Origin: Podarcis gaigeae
Taxonomy: Eukaryota
DNA length: 64,000 nucleotides
Direction: 5' to 3' (one strand)
Assembly (NCBI GenBank): GCA_964106915.2
Contig: OZ066929.1
The translations under genes and the position numbers were made by a program. Shown piece by piece: positions 1-13,511 of the stretch. Under the pieces are notes generated by a model. It was not told where the DNA came from, made no database searches, and was given only the letters and a program-made list of their open reading frames with translations. Position 1 is the first letter of the stretch; every line of letters begins with the position of its first letter.

Positions 1-171
1 ATGCAGGCAGCCACATCTTCTTCTATGGTCCTCTATTCTGTTCCCAGTTCCCCACTCTAACAGCCAGCACCCCATGCCCACTGATCATATTCAGTCATTA
101 TTGGACAGGTTGTTTTTTTTTTGGGGGGGAAGGATCTTTCCCCTTTTACTTGCCCCATTTTTTCTGCAAAC

Positions 172-214
172 CTGCAGGTTCCTCCGAGACTGCCGATTTC
201 TTCCTTTTGTGCAT
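172..214 (-). CDS. Candidate first coding exon of a divergent upstream gene (possibly CCDC153/DRC12-like by synteny)
   Basis: Minus strand reads tttatgtag|...acc ATG, MHKRKKSAVSEEPA, G|GTTTGC (phase 1). Short Lys-rich N-terminus. CCDC153 lies head-to-head with CBL in mammals (recalled), but similarity is weak. Confidence 0.25.
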
Positions 215-1759
215 GGTTGTTGTGGATTTGGCTACATAAATATAATGAATAAATGCATGTACAAAGCTTACCACTCAGCAAATGAATTTACTATTAGTAT
301 CTATGATGCTATTAGTATCTCTGCTATCTGCTTTCAGAATAGCCAACATGGTGCCCTCTGGATATTAGACTACAATTCACACTAGCAGCAGCCCTCATGG
401 CTAACAGTCTGGTACATGAGGAGAGCCCTGCATTGTCTATCCCTGGTTTAGAAAGTTCAGGGAGGCTCAAGTAGGGTTTGCAGGCAATTCCCACACTGCA
501 CACAGTTGCCAATGTCATGACTGTATCCATCCTGTGATGCTTGAGAGCAGCTGCCAGTCAGAGCAGACAATACTGGGTTAGATGAACCACTAGTTTGGCT
601 CAGGAACGACTCTGCACTCTGCAGCTATCTTCTACTCCCCAAAATTCCTGAAGATCAGACCAGGCTAGGTCCACACACGTAGCAGCTGAGATCACAGCTA
701 GAAAGCATGACGTAGCTAATGTGGACTGATGGTTATGCGAAAACAGCACATCATGTGGCTACAGGAGAAAAGGGAAGTGCTTGTCTGCTCCCTTTTGCAC
801 TTGCGACATGGGATTTCTTTTGTTGTTGTTGTTTGCTTCCACATCTCAAGTTCAGATGTGGGGTGAGGACCACAAAGGCTCAGTGAGAAAGGGCATGATC
901 CCTGCCAAAGCTGCAGGATCCAAACTGGAGTGATGCAGCACCAGCAAGGCTGCTCCACTTGGTGCTACAGCTCCAATTCATGAGACGATTCCAGAGTTTG
1001 TGATGTTTCAACAGCCGGGTGCTGCATTTTAGGGCTGACCTCTGACCCCTGAGATTATGCTGGGGTTCTGCAATTTAAGTCTACGGGTCGTGGGAGTTTC
1101 CCCCCTTTGCCACAGAACAGCCTTCTTCCTCACCCTCTTCCTGTGGGGTAGTCTCTAAACAGGATCTTCTGTTGGATTGATTCCTCTTAGTTGTTGGTAA
1201 CGTTAATGACTCACTTATTTCAAAAGAAAAAGGCTTCTCTCCATTTCTGCTTTCCTATTTAAAGGAGTGTAATTACTTCCCTTATCTGCTGTGGAACAGA
1301 GCCCTTTACTACTCCCAAGTCCCTCCCTTTCCTTGGTACAAATACTCTTTAGTTAGGTTTTCACAACTTTGCAAAGAAATCGATTTCACATGCATGGTGT
1401 TGTAACTGCATTCATCCTTAAGGAGTTAAAAACAAAGGGGTCCCAGCAAACCAACCATTGCATCTTTTATTTGCATGCCTGTCCAAATCTCTCCCTTCCA
1501 TTGCTGGGCATTCACTGCCTCACGAGGTGGTCTGCCAGCTGGCTCAGGTTCGCCAGCTAGGCTTCCTTCAAGAACCCAGGCATCAATCCTTACTTTTATG
1601 AAATTTGCATAACTTTGCATATGCCTGTATAGCATCCATGAAGTGCTTCTCCCGAGTCTCGGAACTTTTTTATGGTGCTCGCCGCGTTCCCAGGAGCCTC
1701 CTGCCAACGTTGCCCAAATCCATCATGGCCACCCTGTTGGCCTTTTCTCACTATTGCGC

Positions 1760-2720
1760 ATGCTCGGCCCCGCTCCATCTTTGACCATGCGCAGCAGCTG
1801 GCACACTGAACAGTGAGAGCAAAGCCAATCAAGGCGTGACTATGCTAATAAGGCGCTAGTTGGGCGGGGCCTCTTTTTCCTAAGTGGGCCGGTTTTCCTC
1901 TTCCCTTCAGCGTTGACAGTCGGGAACGCGTCTCACTCAGCGTGCGCGCTCACGGCACTAAAGAAGAAGAAGAGAACTCACTAAGAACGAGCCAACCACT
2001 TTTAAAGGCGCCCGCTCGGTCGCGCGCCTAACTCACCGCGCGCTCACGAAACATACTGAGACCTCCGCCGCCCCTCCCCCTTCGATGTTTGTGAGAGGGC
2101 ACTCTGGCCAATAAAAAACGCGACTCAACCCTAGGGGCGGGTTGTTGAAAACGAGCTGCCCAATCAGAACGCGCCTCCCCTCAGGGAGCGTTTCTCCCCT
2201 CCTCCACACACACACACTTTCGGCTTTCCTCCCACCCTCGCCACTGCCACAGCCAATCAGAGCGCCCCGCCGGGGGAGGCTCGCGATCCTGTCACGGGGG
2301 GGCGGGGGTTTAACGCGCGCGCCTCCCCCTCCGTCGCGCGCAACCTCCTCCTGCCTTCCTGCCCGCCCGCTTCCCTTTTTCTTCGTCAGTCGGGCGCGTC
2401 CCCGGCGCTCCTGGAGCCGCCTCCCCTTCTCCTCCGCCGCCTCGACAGTCGGTGGCCAAGCCGGGGAAGGAGCGGCCTGGCGGAAGGGACACGCCTTAGC
2501 CGCCCTCCGTCCCTCCCTCAGCCGGAGCCTCCGCCGCCGCCGTTGCCCCTCTTTGCCGCCGCCGCCGCCCCCATGTCGGCCCCGCTGAAGAAGGGCCCCG
2601 GCGGGCTGATCGGGCTCATGAAGGACGCCTTCCAGCCGCACCACCACCACCTCGGCCCCCACCAGCCCGGCACCGTGGACAAGAAGATGGTCGAGAAGTG
2701 CTGGAAGCTGATGGACAAGG
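1760..2720. promoter_or_regulatory. CpG-island, TATA-less, probably bidirectional promoter of CBL
   Basis: Sharp rise in CpG/GC content. CCAAT boxes near 1825, 2109, 2160 and 2253; GGGCGG boxes near 1862, 2136 and 2299. Directly precedes CBL exon 1. Minus-strand donor GTGAGT at 2031-2036. Confidence 0.8.
2573..2719 (+). CDS. CBL: CBL exon 1 (coding part)
   Basis: ATG at 2573; [49 protein letters not shown]; donor AAG|GTGCGA. Confidence 0.93.
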
Positions 2721-3419
2721 TGCGAGGTCGGGGGGGCTGGGGCGTGGCCGCCGAGGGGGCAGAAAGTGGGGCGAGGCTGGAAGGGGGTGCGCAGAGAGGG
2801 GTCGTGGGGATAGGGCGGGGACGTGGGGAGGGGTCGTGGCCGCTGACGACGGTAGCATTGCCATCCTCCTCCTCTCCATGTACCGTTGGATTCCAGGTTT
2901 TCTTGCGACGCGATCCTGTGCTACGCAAGAGTAGGTGTGTTTCTTCACTCTGATTCACCCTGTCCTGAGGAATTGCGAGGGCAGTCAATCGATTGCTAGC
3001 AGCTCGGTGGGGGGGGGGCGCTTTATTAGCATGATAATACTAATACTACTAATAATAAATAAATGCGAGTTCAGCTGCAAAAACTGGGATGGCTCAGTCA
3101 AAGTTCAGGAACAGTTAAAGGGTTAGCGTCACTGTCAGCGTCATTTATGAAGGGCCTAATATGTGCTGATCCCTATACAAAAATAATAAAGCGCAAGTCC
3201 CTTCCTGTAGGCTCAATCTCTCCATTTCACCTCATCAAGGCCTTGTGGGAGGTTCATTGGCCATTTGTAATGTGGGACTGCTTTCCGGTGTGGGTTATTG
3301 TCTTGTTAAAAAAAAAAATTAGCAGCAGTTAGTCATATTAGACTTTTTATAAGTAATAGATGAGATGGGACAATAATTGTAAATCACTCCAGAGCAAAGA
3401 GATTTTATAGTCTATTTTG

Positions 3420-4380
3420 CAGCTGTCCATTGGAGAAGAAGGGTGAGGCTGGATAGATCCAGGCTGGCTGACCTGGGAAAATTAGGAGCTGAGGGGCAGA
3501 GGTGGAAGTGATGGGCCAGAATGAGAGCAGTGAGGCAGGTAGGGCTGGAGAGAGGTGCTTAGTGTTGGCTTAGTGTTGGCATCAGAAGTAAAATTAGCAG
3601 CTGCCATTTGATAAAATGTTTGAGGTGACATACAGCATACTTTTTGCATATGTACAGTGGTACCTCGGGTTAAGAACTTAATTCATTCTGGAGGTTCATT
3701 CTTAACCTGAAACTGTTCTTAACCTGAGGTACCACTTTGGCTAATGGGGCCTCCCGCTGCTGCCGCTGTGCTGCTGCCGTGCAATTTCTGTTCTCATCCT
3801 GAAGCTAAGTTCTTAACCCGAGATACTATTTCTGGGTTAGCGGAGTCTGTACCTGAAATGTCTGTAACCTGAGGTACCACCGTATTGCTATCAGCATACT
3901 TCAGCTCATTACAAAGTGATGCAAGCTGTGGTCCTTGAGGAGTTGAGTCTTTATTTAGTGTAAAGCAGGGGGAGAAATTGGAGAGGGGTGAGGGAAAGGC
4001 AAAAGTAACATGGAATGAATGCAAGCAAGTGGGCAAATCCAGTTGGAGCAGGCGTTTTCTGCTAGCTGATGAAAAGGACTGGAGCTGGGTAGACTAAGGT
4101 AGTGCATGGCTTGACCTGTGGAGAGGGAGATGTGATGTGGAAGGGGTTGTAAGGGCCCCAGTGGTTGAATTGAGCGACAGTGAGTTGGAGGGTAATTTTG
4201 AGATTGCATGCTGAGTTGCAGGAAGAAGTTGAAGAAGGGCCTGCTGTAGATGGCTTAAATTGATGCTCAAGGCAAAGGATTGATGGAATAGGAAGTGGCT
4301 GAGCTTGAGCTGGGAAATGGATTTGGAAGGCTGAAGGACCATGGGGAATAGGAAGGATGGATCATTTAGGAGCATAAAAT
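3420..4380 (-). mobile_element. Degraded L2-like LINE fragment interrupted by a MITE
   Basis: Purine-rich + strand; Leu/Ser/Pro-rich broken frames on the - strand; recognised by pattern only. Confidence 0.35.
3653..3884. mobile_element. Tc1/mariner (pogo/Tigger-like) MITE, family A
   Basis: TA|CAGTGGTACCTCGGGTTA ... TAACCTGAGGTACCACCG|TA; near-identical to 6557 and 62553. Confidence 0.85.
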
Positions 4381-5231
4381 GATTGGCTCCGTTAAAGCAG
4401 CTCAAGTTCTAGCTCTCTATAGCTTTTTTCCATGTTATTTCCCCTATTTTAATGAAACCATCACAGAAGTTTGCTCAGACTTCCTGATTAAAGGTTTCAA
4501 AATAACAGCTCACATTCACAGGATAGCAACTATGTTTGCTGACCTTGGTGTCCTTTTTTAGGAGAAATGTGCCTAAAGGGTGAAGGACGGGAGCAATAGA
4601 GGAACATGACCTTCCTGCGTAGTTCTTGGGCAATGTGCTGTGAAAGGGTAGACTTGCCCATTTGCTTCTAGGCCTGCTCTGAACCCTCATGAAGGCATGT
4701 TTAGAGTGCTACAAAGCTCAAACCATTTGCTAGACAGGAAGTTGTTTATTGTGATATCATGGCTCAGAGCAGTAGAGTAGCACAAAAGAAAGCTTTGCAG
4801 TCTTGAAAGCCTTCATAATCCTACTTTGGAAGCATGCACTTGTGCTAAACTATGGGAAACTGGAGCTTTAAGAGATGCTCCAGCTTTTGTAGGATTTAGA
4901 CCAGTCTCTGTGTTCTTGATCTTTCCGGTATAATACATCAATTCATTTGACTGTGTTCTATTGATTTGTCAGGTAGTCATTACTGCTGGACTCTGGATTC
5001 TGGTGTAGTTTGACAAGTGTGCCATTAAGTTGTGTTAGATGGAAAATACAGATAAAAATAACGTTAAATATTTAATAATCTTTTTATCAAGTGGATGTGG
5101 TATTCCAGCTTGTGTGATCAAGATGGCTGATAAAACAGAAGTTGCATTAATAGGTTGCATTAGTTTTAACACAAGGGACATGCTCACAAGTTAGCATATT
5201 GCATGGTCCTGAGTACTCAAATAGTCAAGTT

Positions 5232-5590
5232 TTATGAAACCACTAGTGTCTTTTGGGGAGGATGTAAATTTATAAAATTATACCTGGCATTGAGAAAGTG
5301 ATGTTTGCTCCCTCTTTCTTAATATTAGAACCTGGGGTTATCCAGTGAAGATGAATGGCGGGAGGTCCAAGTACAAATGCAAGTATTTTTTCATAGACAA
5401 ATTCCTAGAGGATATGATTGTCAATGGCTGCTGGTCATGGTGGCTTTATGCCATCAACAGAATCAGAGGTTGTTGAATACCAGCTTTTGACCTGCTTTTG
5501 ATTATCATAAAGACATCTGGTTGGCCACTGTAGGAAATAGGATGCTAGACTTGGTTAGTCTGATCTAGAAGGGCCCTTCTTATGTTCTTG
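5232..5590 (+). mobile_element. CR1-type LINE 3' end, degraded
   Basis: Resembles a CR1 ORF2 end and 3' UTR; terminates in cttcttatgttctt. Confidence 0.55.
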
Positions 5591-6556
5591 CAGTATGGTA
5601 CTGTCTCACAGATATGCCTGAGCAAAATAAGGCTTATTTTGCTGCCAGAGTATATGAGTGGAAATATTAAGTTTATATAGATTTGAGCTATAAATGAATT
5701 GAAAACCAGATACTTTTCAATACATTGTATTGGTGAGCTAAGAATAAATATATTTGGAAGCCTGTTGTAAATTACTTCAGACTATGTTGTCGTTTACTCT
5801 TTCCTCCAGGAAAATGATATTCATTGCTGTGTAGATCCCATCATAACTGCTTTTGAAGCATATAGGTACCACCTCTTCTTTTCCACACAACAGTTATATG
5901 TAGCCTTGTTAATGGCTTTCTTTGGGTCCAGAAAAGGAAGTGGGCAGTGCATAGAATTCTAGAGGTGGAGGAGCTCAGGAGGACAACTAGAAAATTCTCA
6001 AACAGGAATGGGCATGTGTCAGAAGCCATCTGAATACAACCACTCATGCATTTTTATGGTGTTATATAGGATTTATCTCAAGATGCAATCTATGGCTGCT
6101 GTACCAGTAGCAGTCCCACTGCGTTCAGCATGCCTAGAACTGCTGTCTTGATTTAACTCAGCAGCTTATGGGAAAAGAAGAGTTGCACACCCCAGTTCCC
6201 CGTCCCCCTGCCGGAGATCAAGCAGTAATCTTGGCACCCAATGCAGAGAGGCAAAACTGATTTGCAAAGTCTACAATTGAGTTTTAAAGAAATTTCTTCC
6301 TTTACAGAATGTGTGACACTATCAGCTGCTTATGATTTGCCTAAGTGTTGAAATCTGGGAGTTAACTGACCTGCACTGCTAACAGATTTTGAGCAATGAT
6401 TCTCTGATGCAGGAATTCTGCCTTCTAATGAAGGTAAAGGTGAAATGAACTGGTCCAGTAACATATTGATGAAAACTTCAAATGATGCCTTTTGGTGAAT
6501 GTAAACTGACTACCTAAATGTATCAGTACTTTGAACCAGTTGTATTTTAATATATA

Positions 6557-6786
6557 TACAGTGGTACTTCGGGTTAAGTACTTAATTCGTTCTGGAGGTC
6601 CGTTCTTAACCTGAAACTGTTCTTAACCTGAAGCACCACTTTAGCTAATGGGGCCTCCTGCTGCTGCTGTGCCGCCGGAGCGCGATTTCTGTTCTCATCC
6701 TGAAGCAAAGTTCTTAACCCGAGGTACTATTTCTGGGTTAGTGGAGTCTGTAACCTGAAGCGTATGTAACCCAAGGTGCCACTGTA
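6557..6786. mobile_element. Tc1/mariner MITE, family A
   Basis: TA|CAGTGGTACTTCGGGTTA ... AACCCAAGGTGCCACTG|TA. Confidence 0.85.
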
Positions 6787-6908
6787 TATTGTTTTATTCC
6801 TTTCTAACCATTTGTATATTGCATATTATTAGTAGGAGTATTTTGGTATATATTAATGTAAATGCATATTTTGGTCAACATTGTTCTTCAATACTGTGTT
6901 AGTGTGTA

Positions 6909-6909
<1 letters not shown>

Positions 6910-6951
<42 letters not shown>
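6910..6951. repeat. (ATT)14 microsatellite
   Basis: Direct reading. Confidence 0.95.
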
Positions 6952-6954
<3 letters not shown>

Positions 6955-9593
6955 TTGGTTTATATGATTGTCAAAACAGTAATAAATGATGACCTAGCTG
7001 CTTATAGAGAATCCTGATCACCTTGTGACAGATGCTTAAAATTAATTCCTCTCAAACACTGTAATCTAGTTAAGAAAAAGAAATATTAGTAGTAGCCTAT
7101 AACTTTAGCTGACCATTACAGTTGTAGAGAAGGGATACATGCTATATTCATTTCTGCATAAGTAAACACAGTTTTCTGATGGAAAACCTAATGCTTACCT
7201 AGACTAAAGAAGAGGAATTTGTTCAGCGGTGATAGTCACCACAGCTGCTTTGCATTGCTTAATAAAAAATGGGAAGTGTGACTGGCAGATTGACAATTCC
7301 CTTTTTACTAGTTGAGTTTTTCCATCAAGCTGGGGTGACCAAAAGATATTGATGGTTAACCCTAGGTATGGCGCAGAGCTGACATGTTTCAGAATGTTAT
7401 TCATAAGCACATGCGTTGGAGAAATGTAGCTTGCAGACTCTAGGATTCCCCTAGGAAGAAAACTTCAAAAGGGGGAACAGTGAGATGAAGGCTATGTTTA
7501 TGCCATAAATTAGCCGTAATCTGATTTTGATCCAGTTCAGCTGTTGTGGCTTCCTCATGGAAACTTGGGAAATGTAGTTCTGGAAGGCAGAAAGGATAAT
7601 TCTGTTAGAAGTTCCTAGTCTTTTCTCATAACATCTGTTCTGAAGATTCCTTATGAGAAGTCCTGACATGTGCTGGGCTCTGACCAGCCCACATATTAAA
7701 CATCAAGAGGCTAGGAGAATGCTTGAACTTCCTACTTGTATTTTCTAGCAGTGGGTTTGTCTTCCAACCCATCACTCATTCAAGTCATTTTCAGTATGCT
7801 TGTGTTTCTCTTTCCTACAATTTGTTTGAGTTTAGAGTACTGAGGACTGTTGATGTTATACTCTCTTTTCTCTATTGCTTTCATTGGAAGTTTAGCTCGA
7901 AGGATGTTGCAGTCCTACTTCCTGTCCTTTACTTTGATCTGCTTACCTCCAAACCTGCTGTAGATGTTGCTGGTGACAGCTGAGCTTTCAGTCTCTGTTT
8001 TGCCCTAGTTAATCTTGAGATTAATTTGGTGGAGGGTGGGTTCTTGCCTGTAATTTGTATACAAACCCTTTTATAATTAATTTTACAATCCATTTCACAG
8101 GCTCAGTGGAATGGCAAGCTTGTTAAATTGTCTTTTAAAAAAAAATGCTAAGGCTACAATGTGCATCATATGTGCTAGGGACAAAGTATCCATTGGACTT
8201 CAAGTACTGTAAATATGTTTAAGATGAGGTACAAGTATTTTAACACCATTGTATATTGTGTGATATTCTTTCTAGTACTTCAGGTTTTTACCTTCTGAAA
8301 ATGTAGATGCAGATAGGCCAGTGGATTTCCACATTCTTGAATGAAAACATATTCATGTTCCATTCCTTAAATAACATCAGAGATCTGACCAAATTATGCT
8401 GATAATTGAGACAATACTTTATAGTCCACTTTAGTTACATTGCTTCTTTATGTATTTGTCGTTTTTACATGGTATTCCTTAATGTGGTCTAGCAGTTACT
8501 GATGGCAATCAACTAAAATTGTTTGCTACAGCCAGTAGTCAGTTTAAATATTAGAGCATCCATGTGGAAGTAGACAAAATTTTTACCTGTATTTGTGCAT
8601 CACATGGTGGCGATAACATGTTTTAGACTGCAAAGTGAGACATTTTTCTATCTTAAGAAACTCTGTAAAGTGTGAGATACACTGATATTAATGTGTATTA
8701 ATGGGGAAAGCTCCTTAATCCCTCACTTCAGCCACTGTGCTTATAGTGCATTGCACATCTGTCCTGCATACTTCTATGTTGGTGAGCTTTCACTATGTTT
8801 GGGGGCTAGTACAAGAGGTGAAAGGTTTTTTAGATGTTTCCACTGTGTGTCATGCTGACATGGGTCAGGCCTCCATGTGAAGTGCAGATTCTGTCATAAC
8901 TCTGAACCTCTTGATTAAATGCTTTGTTGTACTTTTCCTGCCTGAATAGTAAGCAAGTCATTATCTTTATTCTGCCTGTAGCTATCCTATATATTTTCCT
9001 AAGATAATGTCAGGGGAACTGTTTTCCTTGGCTTGATCATGCTTGTAGTTTGCCTGCATTATGTGTGGCGATTAAAGCACATTTTTTAGAGTATAAAATG
9101 TGAACAGGAAATACATAGTTCCATATTTTGGCTGCAGGTGATATATTTTAACTTAATGATGCTGTTTATAATTAGGAGTTGAAACATAAATTACAGCAGA
9201 ATAAAGCAGAAGTGTAGCACATGTTGGTATTTGGGGGAAAAACCTGTAGAAAGTCTGGGAGGTTTTGAACTGGAAAGGAGGAAAGACTACATAATAAGCT
9301 GTTGCAGAAGAATGATCTGAGCTTAGACAATGAATACTTACGTGGGTGTGCAGCAAGCATTTCCATTGGCATGTTAAATACCTTGAAGGGGGCATAATCA
9401 GGTAGTTTATTTGCTAAGAATTCAATGAAGAATAGTTACCAACAGGGAAGCAGCAAAGTGGTGTGCCTATTGTGATAAAACCTAATGGCAGGTGCCTTTT
9501 TCCTGAGCAGGAAACATTCCAAAACTGCCTGTTTTTGGTTCTGTGGAGAGTGTTTTTTAAAAAATAATAGCCAATAACTGGGAGAAAGTGTTC

Positions 9594-9750
9594 TAGTTAC
9601 AGGTAGGTAGCCATGTTGGTCTGCCGTAGTCGAAACAAAATAAAAATATTCCTTCCAGTAGCACCTTAGAGACCAACTAAGTTTGTTATTGGTATGACCA
9701 ACTTAGTTGGTCTCTAAGGTGCTACTGGAAGGAATATTTTTATTTTGTTT
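9594..9750. repeat. Perfect 51-bp inverted repeat, probably a Penelope-like element terminus
   Basis: 9633-9683 is the exact reverse complement of 9700-9750; gtagcaccttagagaccaactaagttt resembles sauropsid Penelope ends (recalled). Confidence 0.75.
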
Positions 9751-10855
9751 GGGGGAAAGTGGTCCATTTTATTGCCCCTTAGACACTAACTAGTTCAATG
9801 TGGCATGGTCATTTATAGCAAAGAGGCTGATTCATTAGATGCATGTGATGCATTAGATGCATACGATTAGACCAAGAAGGCCATAGGTCAGAAAGGTATG
9901 TGAACTGAGGAACAAGAAGGTCCCTCTACCAGTGCATTTGATAGCATGAACCTATGAAAGCTCCTTCCAGATAAACAAAGTAGCTGTAAAATTTCTGTTA
10001 CAATTTGCTGATATAATGGTTTATTCTTTTCAAAATAGACCCCCAACTTTAAATTATGGTTTGTAAACAAGTTCTTGTAATTCATCTGTTGGTTGTGCCT
10101 TATTAAACATTAAATTAGCAACTTGAGGTTGTTTAGTCATGTAAAAATAAACTGGGGTGAGGTGGGGAACCCAGAGTGCCTTTCCGTTTTATGTATTTTT
10201 GCTCTGCACACTAGGCATAAAATTAGTTTCGCTGTTTCCCCTTTTTTGTTTGGTTTCCTTAAACCATTTGGTAAGAACGTGTGGGTATTTGTCTCTCTCC
10301 TTCTCTCTATCTTTGTTCATCAGACCAAAAGAGCTATGTTGTCAGCCTAGGAAAGGTTTTCAAAATCTGATACTGCCTAATTTTTTAAACTTATTATTTT
10401 CAGCTGGAATCTAGCCCACTATATTTGTTACTTTTCCTTCCTGCTGAACAATTAAAAGCCTTCCTTGGACATTTGGGGGAAGGTAGGATAAATTCTCACA
10501 AATAATCATGGGAAAACCCCTTGAAATGGTCACAAAGTACTTGCCTACACCATAATTGCTTCTTTTAAATATCTTCACACTTGATGTGAAGAGTTAGCAG
10601 ACTATGGCCAAGGAACAAATGGCTTCAAAAGACAGCTAAGGAGCCAAAGAGGGAGAATGAATGCAGTGTGTGCTAATTTGCTGGTACGCTGCTGATTTCC
10701 CAGAGCTGTGAACATTGCATCTGGCAGTAGTTGTGTTCTGCAAGGGCACACGAAGGGAGCTAAGTTGAAGACAGGTTTTTGTTTTGTTTTGTTCAAAGGA
10801 GGATCAAGTCATACATTCTGGTCTGGTTCAGACATAATGCTGAGGGTTAGCTTAG

Positions 10856-10891
<36 letters not shown>
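10856..10891. repeat. (GATT)9 microsatellite
   Basis: Direct reading. Confidence 0.95.
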
Positions 10892-10894
<3 letters not shown>

Positions 10895-13262
10895 CAAGCT
10901 GCAGGGAACTTTGGGCTCCCCTTTGCTTTTGTCTATCTCTTCCAGCATGGTGATGAGGAGCAGTTTGGAAGTTTTCACTTCCATTTTAGCAGTGCTTTAA
11001 AACAAAAAGAAAGAAAAAAGGTGTTGGTATTCAACATGAAGTTCTTGTAGTAAGTGGCACACTCAACATTTGGGGATGTGGGGCAGGTTCCTCACTTTAA
11101 ATAACAGACTTCCATGCTGCACCATAAACTGATTTGGAAACTCCTCACGATTTCAGAAGCTCTTTCAGAAGAATAACTCATGAATTATAGCAGCATGGGA
11201 GTCGGGCCATGCTAAGTAGCCTCACCCCTGGATTGTACACTGTGTAGCCATGACATTCATACAGATATTGAAAACATCTGCAGAGTTGAGCTTTCACACC
11301 TGCAGCTGTCTACGTAGAGCCTTTCCCATAGTCTGGAAGCCCTAATTTTTTGGGCTTGCCAATCCCATGAAGGACATCACTTGTACACAGCTGTACACTC
11401 AAAGGTTCTCTCCTTGCACGCATTTGTGCTGTTTACAGAAATTCTTGGGCAGGGGGCTACTTGGAGTGTGCAACATCAAGCGGGGAGCTGGTTGGTGTGG
11501 CTCTGCTCTCTGCTCACAAGTTGATAAAATACTTGAGTTGGTTCTTCTTTGAATGCCATTTTGTGAAAGCGTGCGGCAGGATGCTGTGCAAGAAGTCCAG
11601 AGTTCCAGTGAATGCACAGAATTTGTGCAGTTGTTGAATCCTGGTTGTAATGGTTAATGAGAAAAAAGTACTGCTATGAATTACACACATCTCATGAAGG
11701 TGAATGGTTGTTGATATGATGCACTGGTTGTGAAACAAACTGGTAGAAGATGTGTGCCAACATTGGGCCAAGCCCATAGTTAGAGCCTGGATAGGACCCA
11801 TCCATAGTAACAGGTGAAACTCTTGTCCAGAATGGTAACTGCTGTTCTTGTAAAACATCTACGATCTGCAGAGAGGAAAAGATTTACTCTTTGGGGGTAT
11901 TCGTTGCTGTTGGTTGCTTGGATTACTGATCCAGTATTTTCCAAATAAAGTCTTCTGTTTGGTTGTTCCAATATATAGTAAATTCTTTAGGCTTGGGGAG
12001 CTGGGCAAGTTGCTCATTTTAATACTGTACCCGCTATAAAGCTATTTGCGGTATCTCAACAAAGTACTGCATTTGGGATGTGGATCAGCATAGTGTTTGT
12101 CAGTCTTCTAGAGCTGCATTTAATATGAATAATTGATCATATATTCAGGTCCATTTCCTTTCTGATAGTTTGGGTGCCAAGTGCCATCAGTGCTTATAGG
12201 CGAATCTCACATACCTTGCAGAATTTGACATAGATGGCTACTCTATGGTTGATCATCTCAACTTTTAAAATGCTCAATCAGTATAAAAGTTTGGGTGTGT
12301 ACCATATCAGCCACAAACCTTTTGCACAATAACATACATTGATTTAGATGCTCACTAGATTGAGCAAGTCTGCAGTGAGCAGGAGTATCATGTAGTTCTT
12401 TCATCACTATTTAAGTAGCAAACAAGAATGAGATGCCCATGATGGAGAGATAAAAGCAAAGTCTGATAGACTGCTTCAGTTTGCTCAGTAACTATTTTTA
12501 TTAGGTGAGAATGAGAATGTTTATGATCAGATTGATTATTCATTTACACAGCAAAGCCTCCCTTAAGTTCCTGTGTCTGGTAGAGGATATTGATTCAGTT
12601 GAGAGATTGGTCTAGGTTGCACATATTGCTGAACCATTGTTGGCCTGTGTTCCCCACTCCAGCACAGCTGCTAGGAGATCTGAATCATTTGCTTGCATTT
12701 TCAACTAACTCCTGTCTTTGGAAGAGGATGATAGTGGAGGGGAAATCCATAAACCCCAGCCTCATGTTTTTCATGTGAAGTAGTTTATTAACTGTAGTTA
12801 CCATGCTTTTATTCAGATTAATAGTAACCAAGTTGATCTTAAAGATAAAGTTAGTATTTACAATGAAAAAGAGAAATCTTAAATTTTAATCTGATATTTT
12901 AAGTTAACAACATCCATTTTTATTCACACTGAATTTCAGTAATATTGTTTTGATTGTAGCTTAAACATTCTTTTTAGATTAGCAGAAAATAACATAGACC
13001 TCTTAAACCTACTTCTTGTCTCATGTTTCAGGCTCAGTATTTTGCATGGTTTGAATATAACCTCCTGTAGTGTTGCAACTTGCAAATAAAAATGAATCAC
13101 ATTATAGGTTGTGGCTTTCATAATGAATATTGAGTTTCTGGGAATTCAGTTAAGCATGTTGACATCTTGGTTGTAAATCCATTTCTTGCATTTGCAAACA
13201 TGGTGGCACTAGTTAAGCTAGAATCTTACATTTCATTATCCTTGTTCATTCTTTATTTCTAG

Positions 13263-13511
<249 letters not shown>

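Noticed and set aside
2033-2988. Long overlapping ORFs (209, 148, 156 aa) around the promoter
   Set aside because: Stop-poor GC-rich CpG island; low-complexity Arg/Gly/Pro translations; only CBL exon 1 has homology and splice support.
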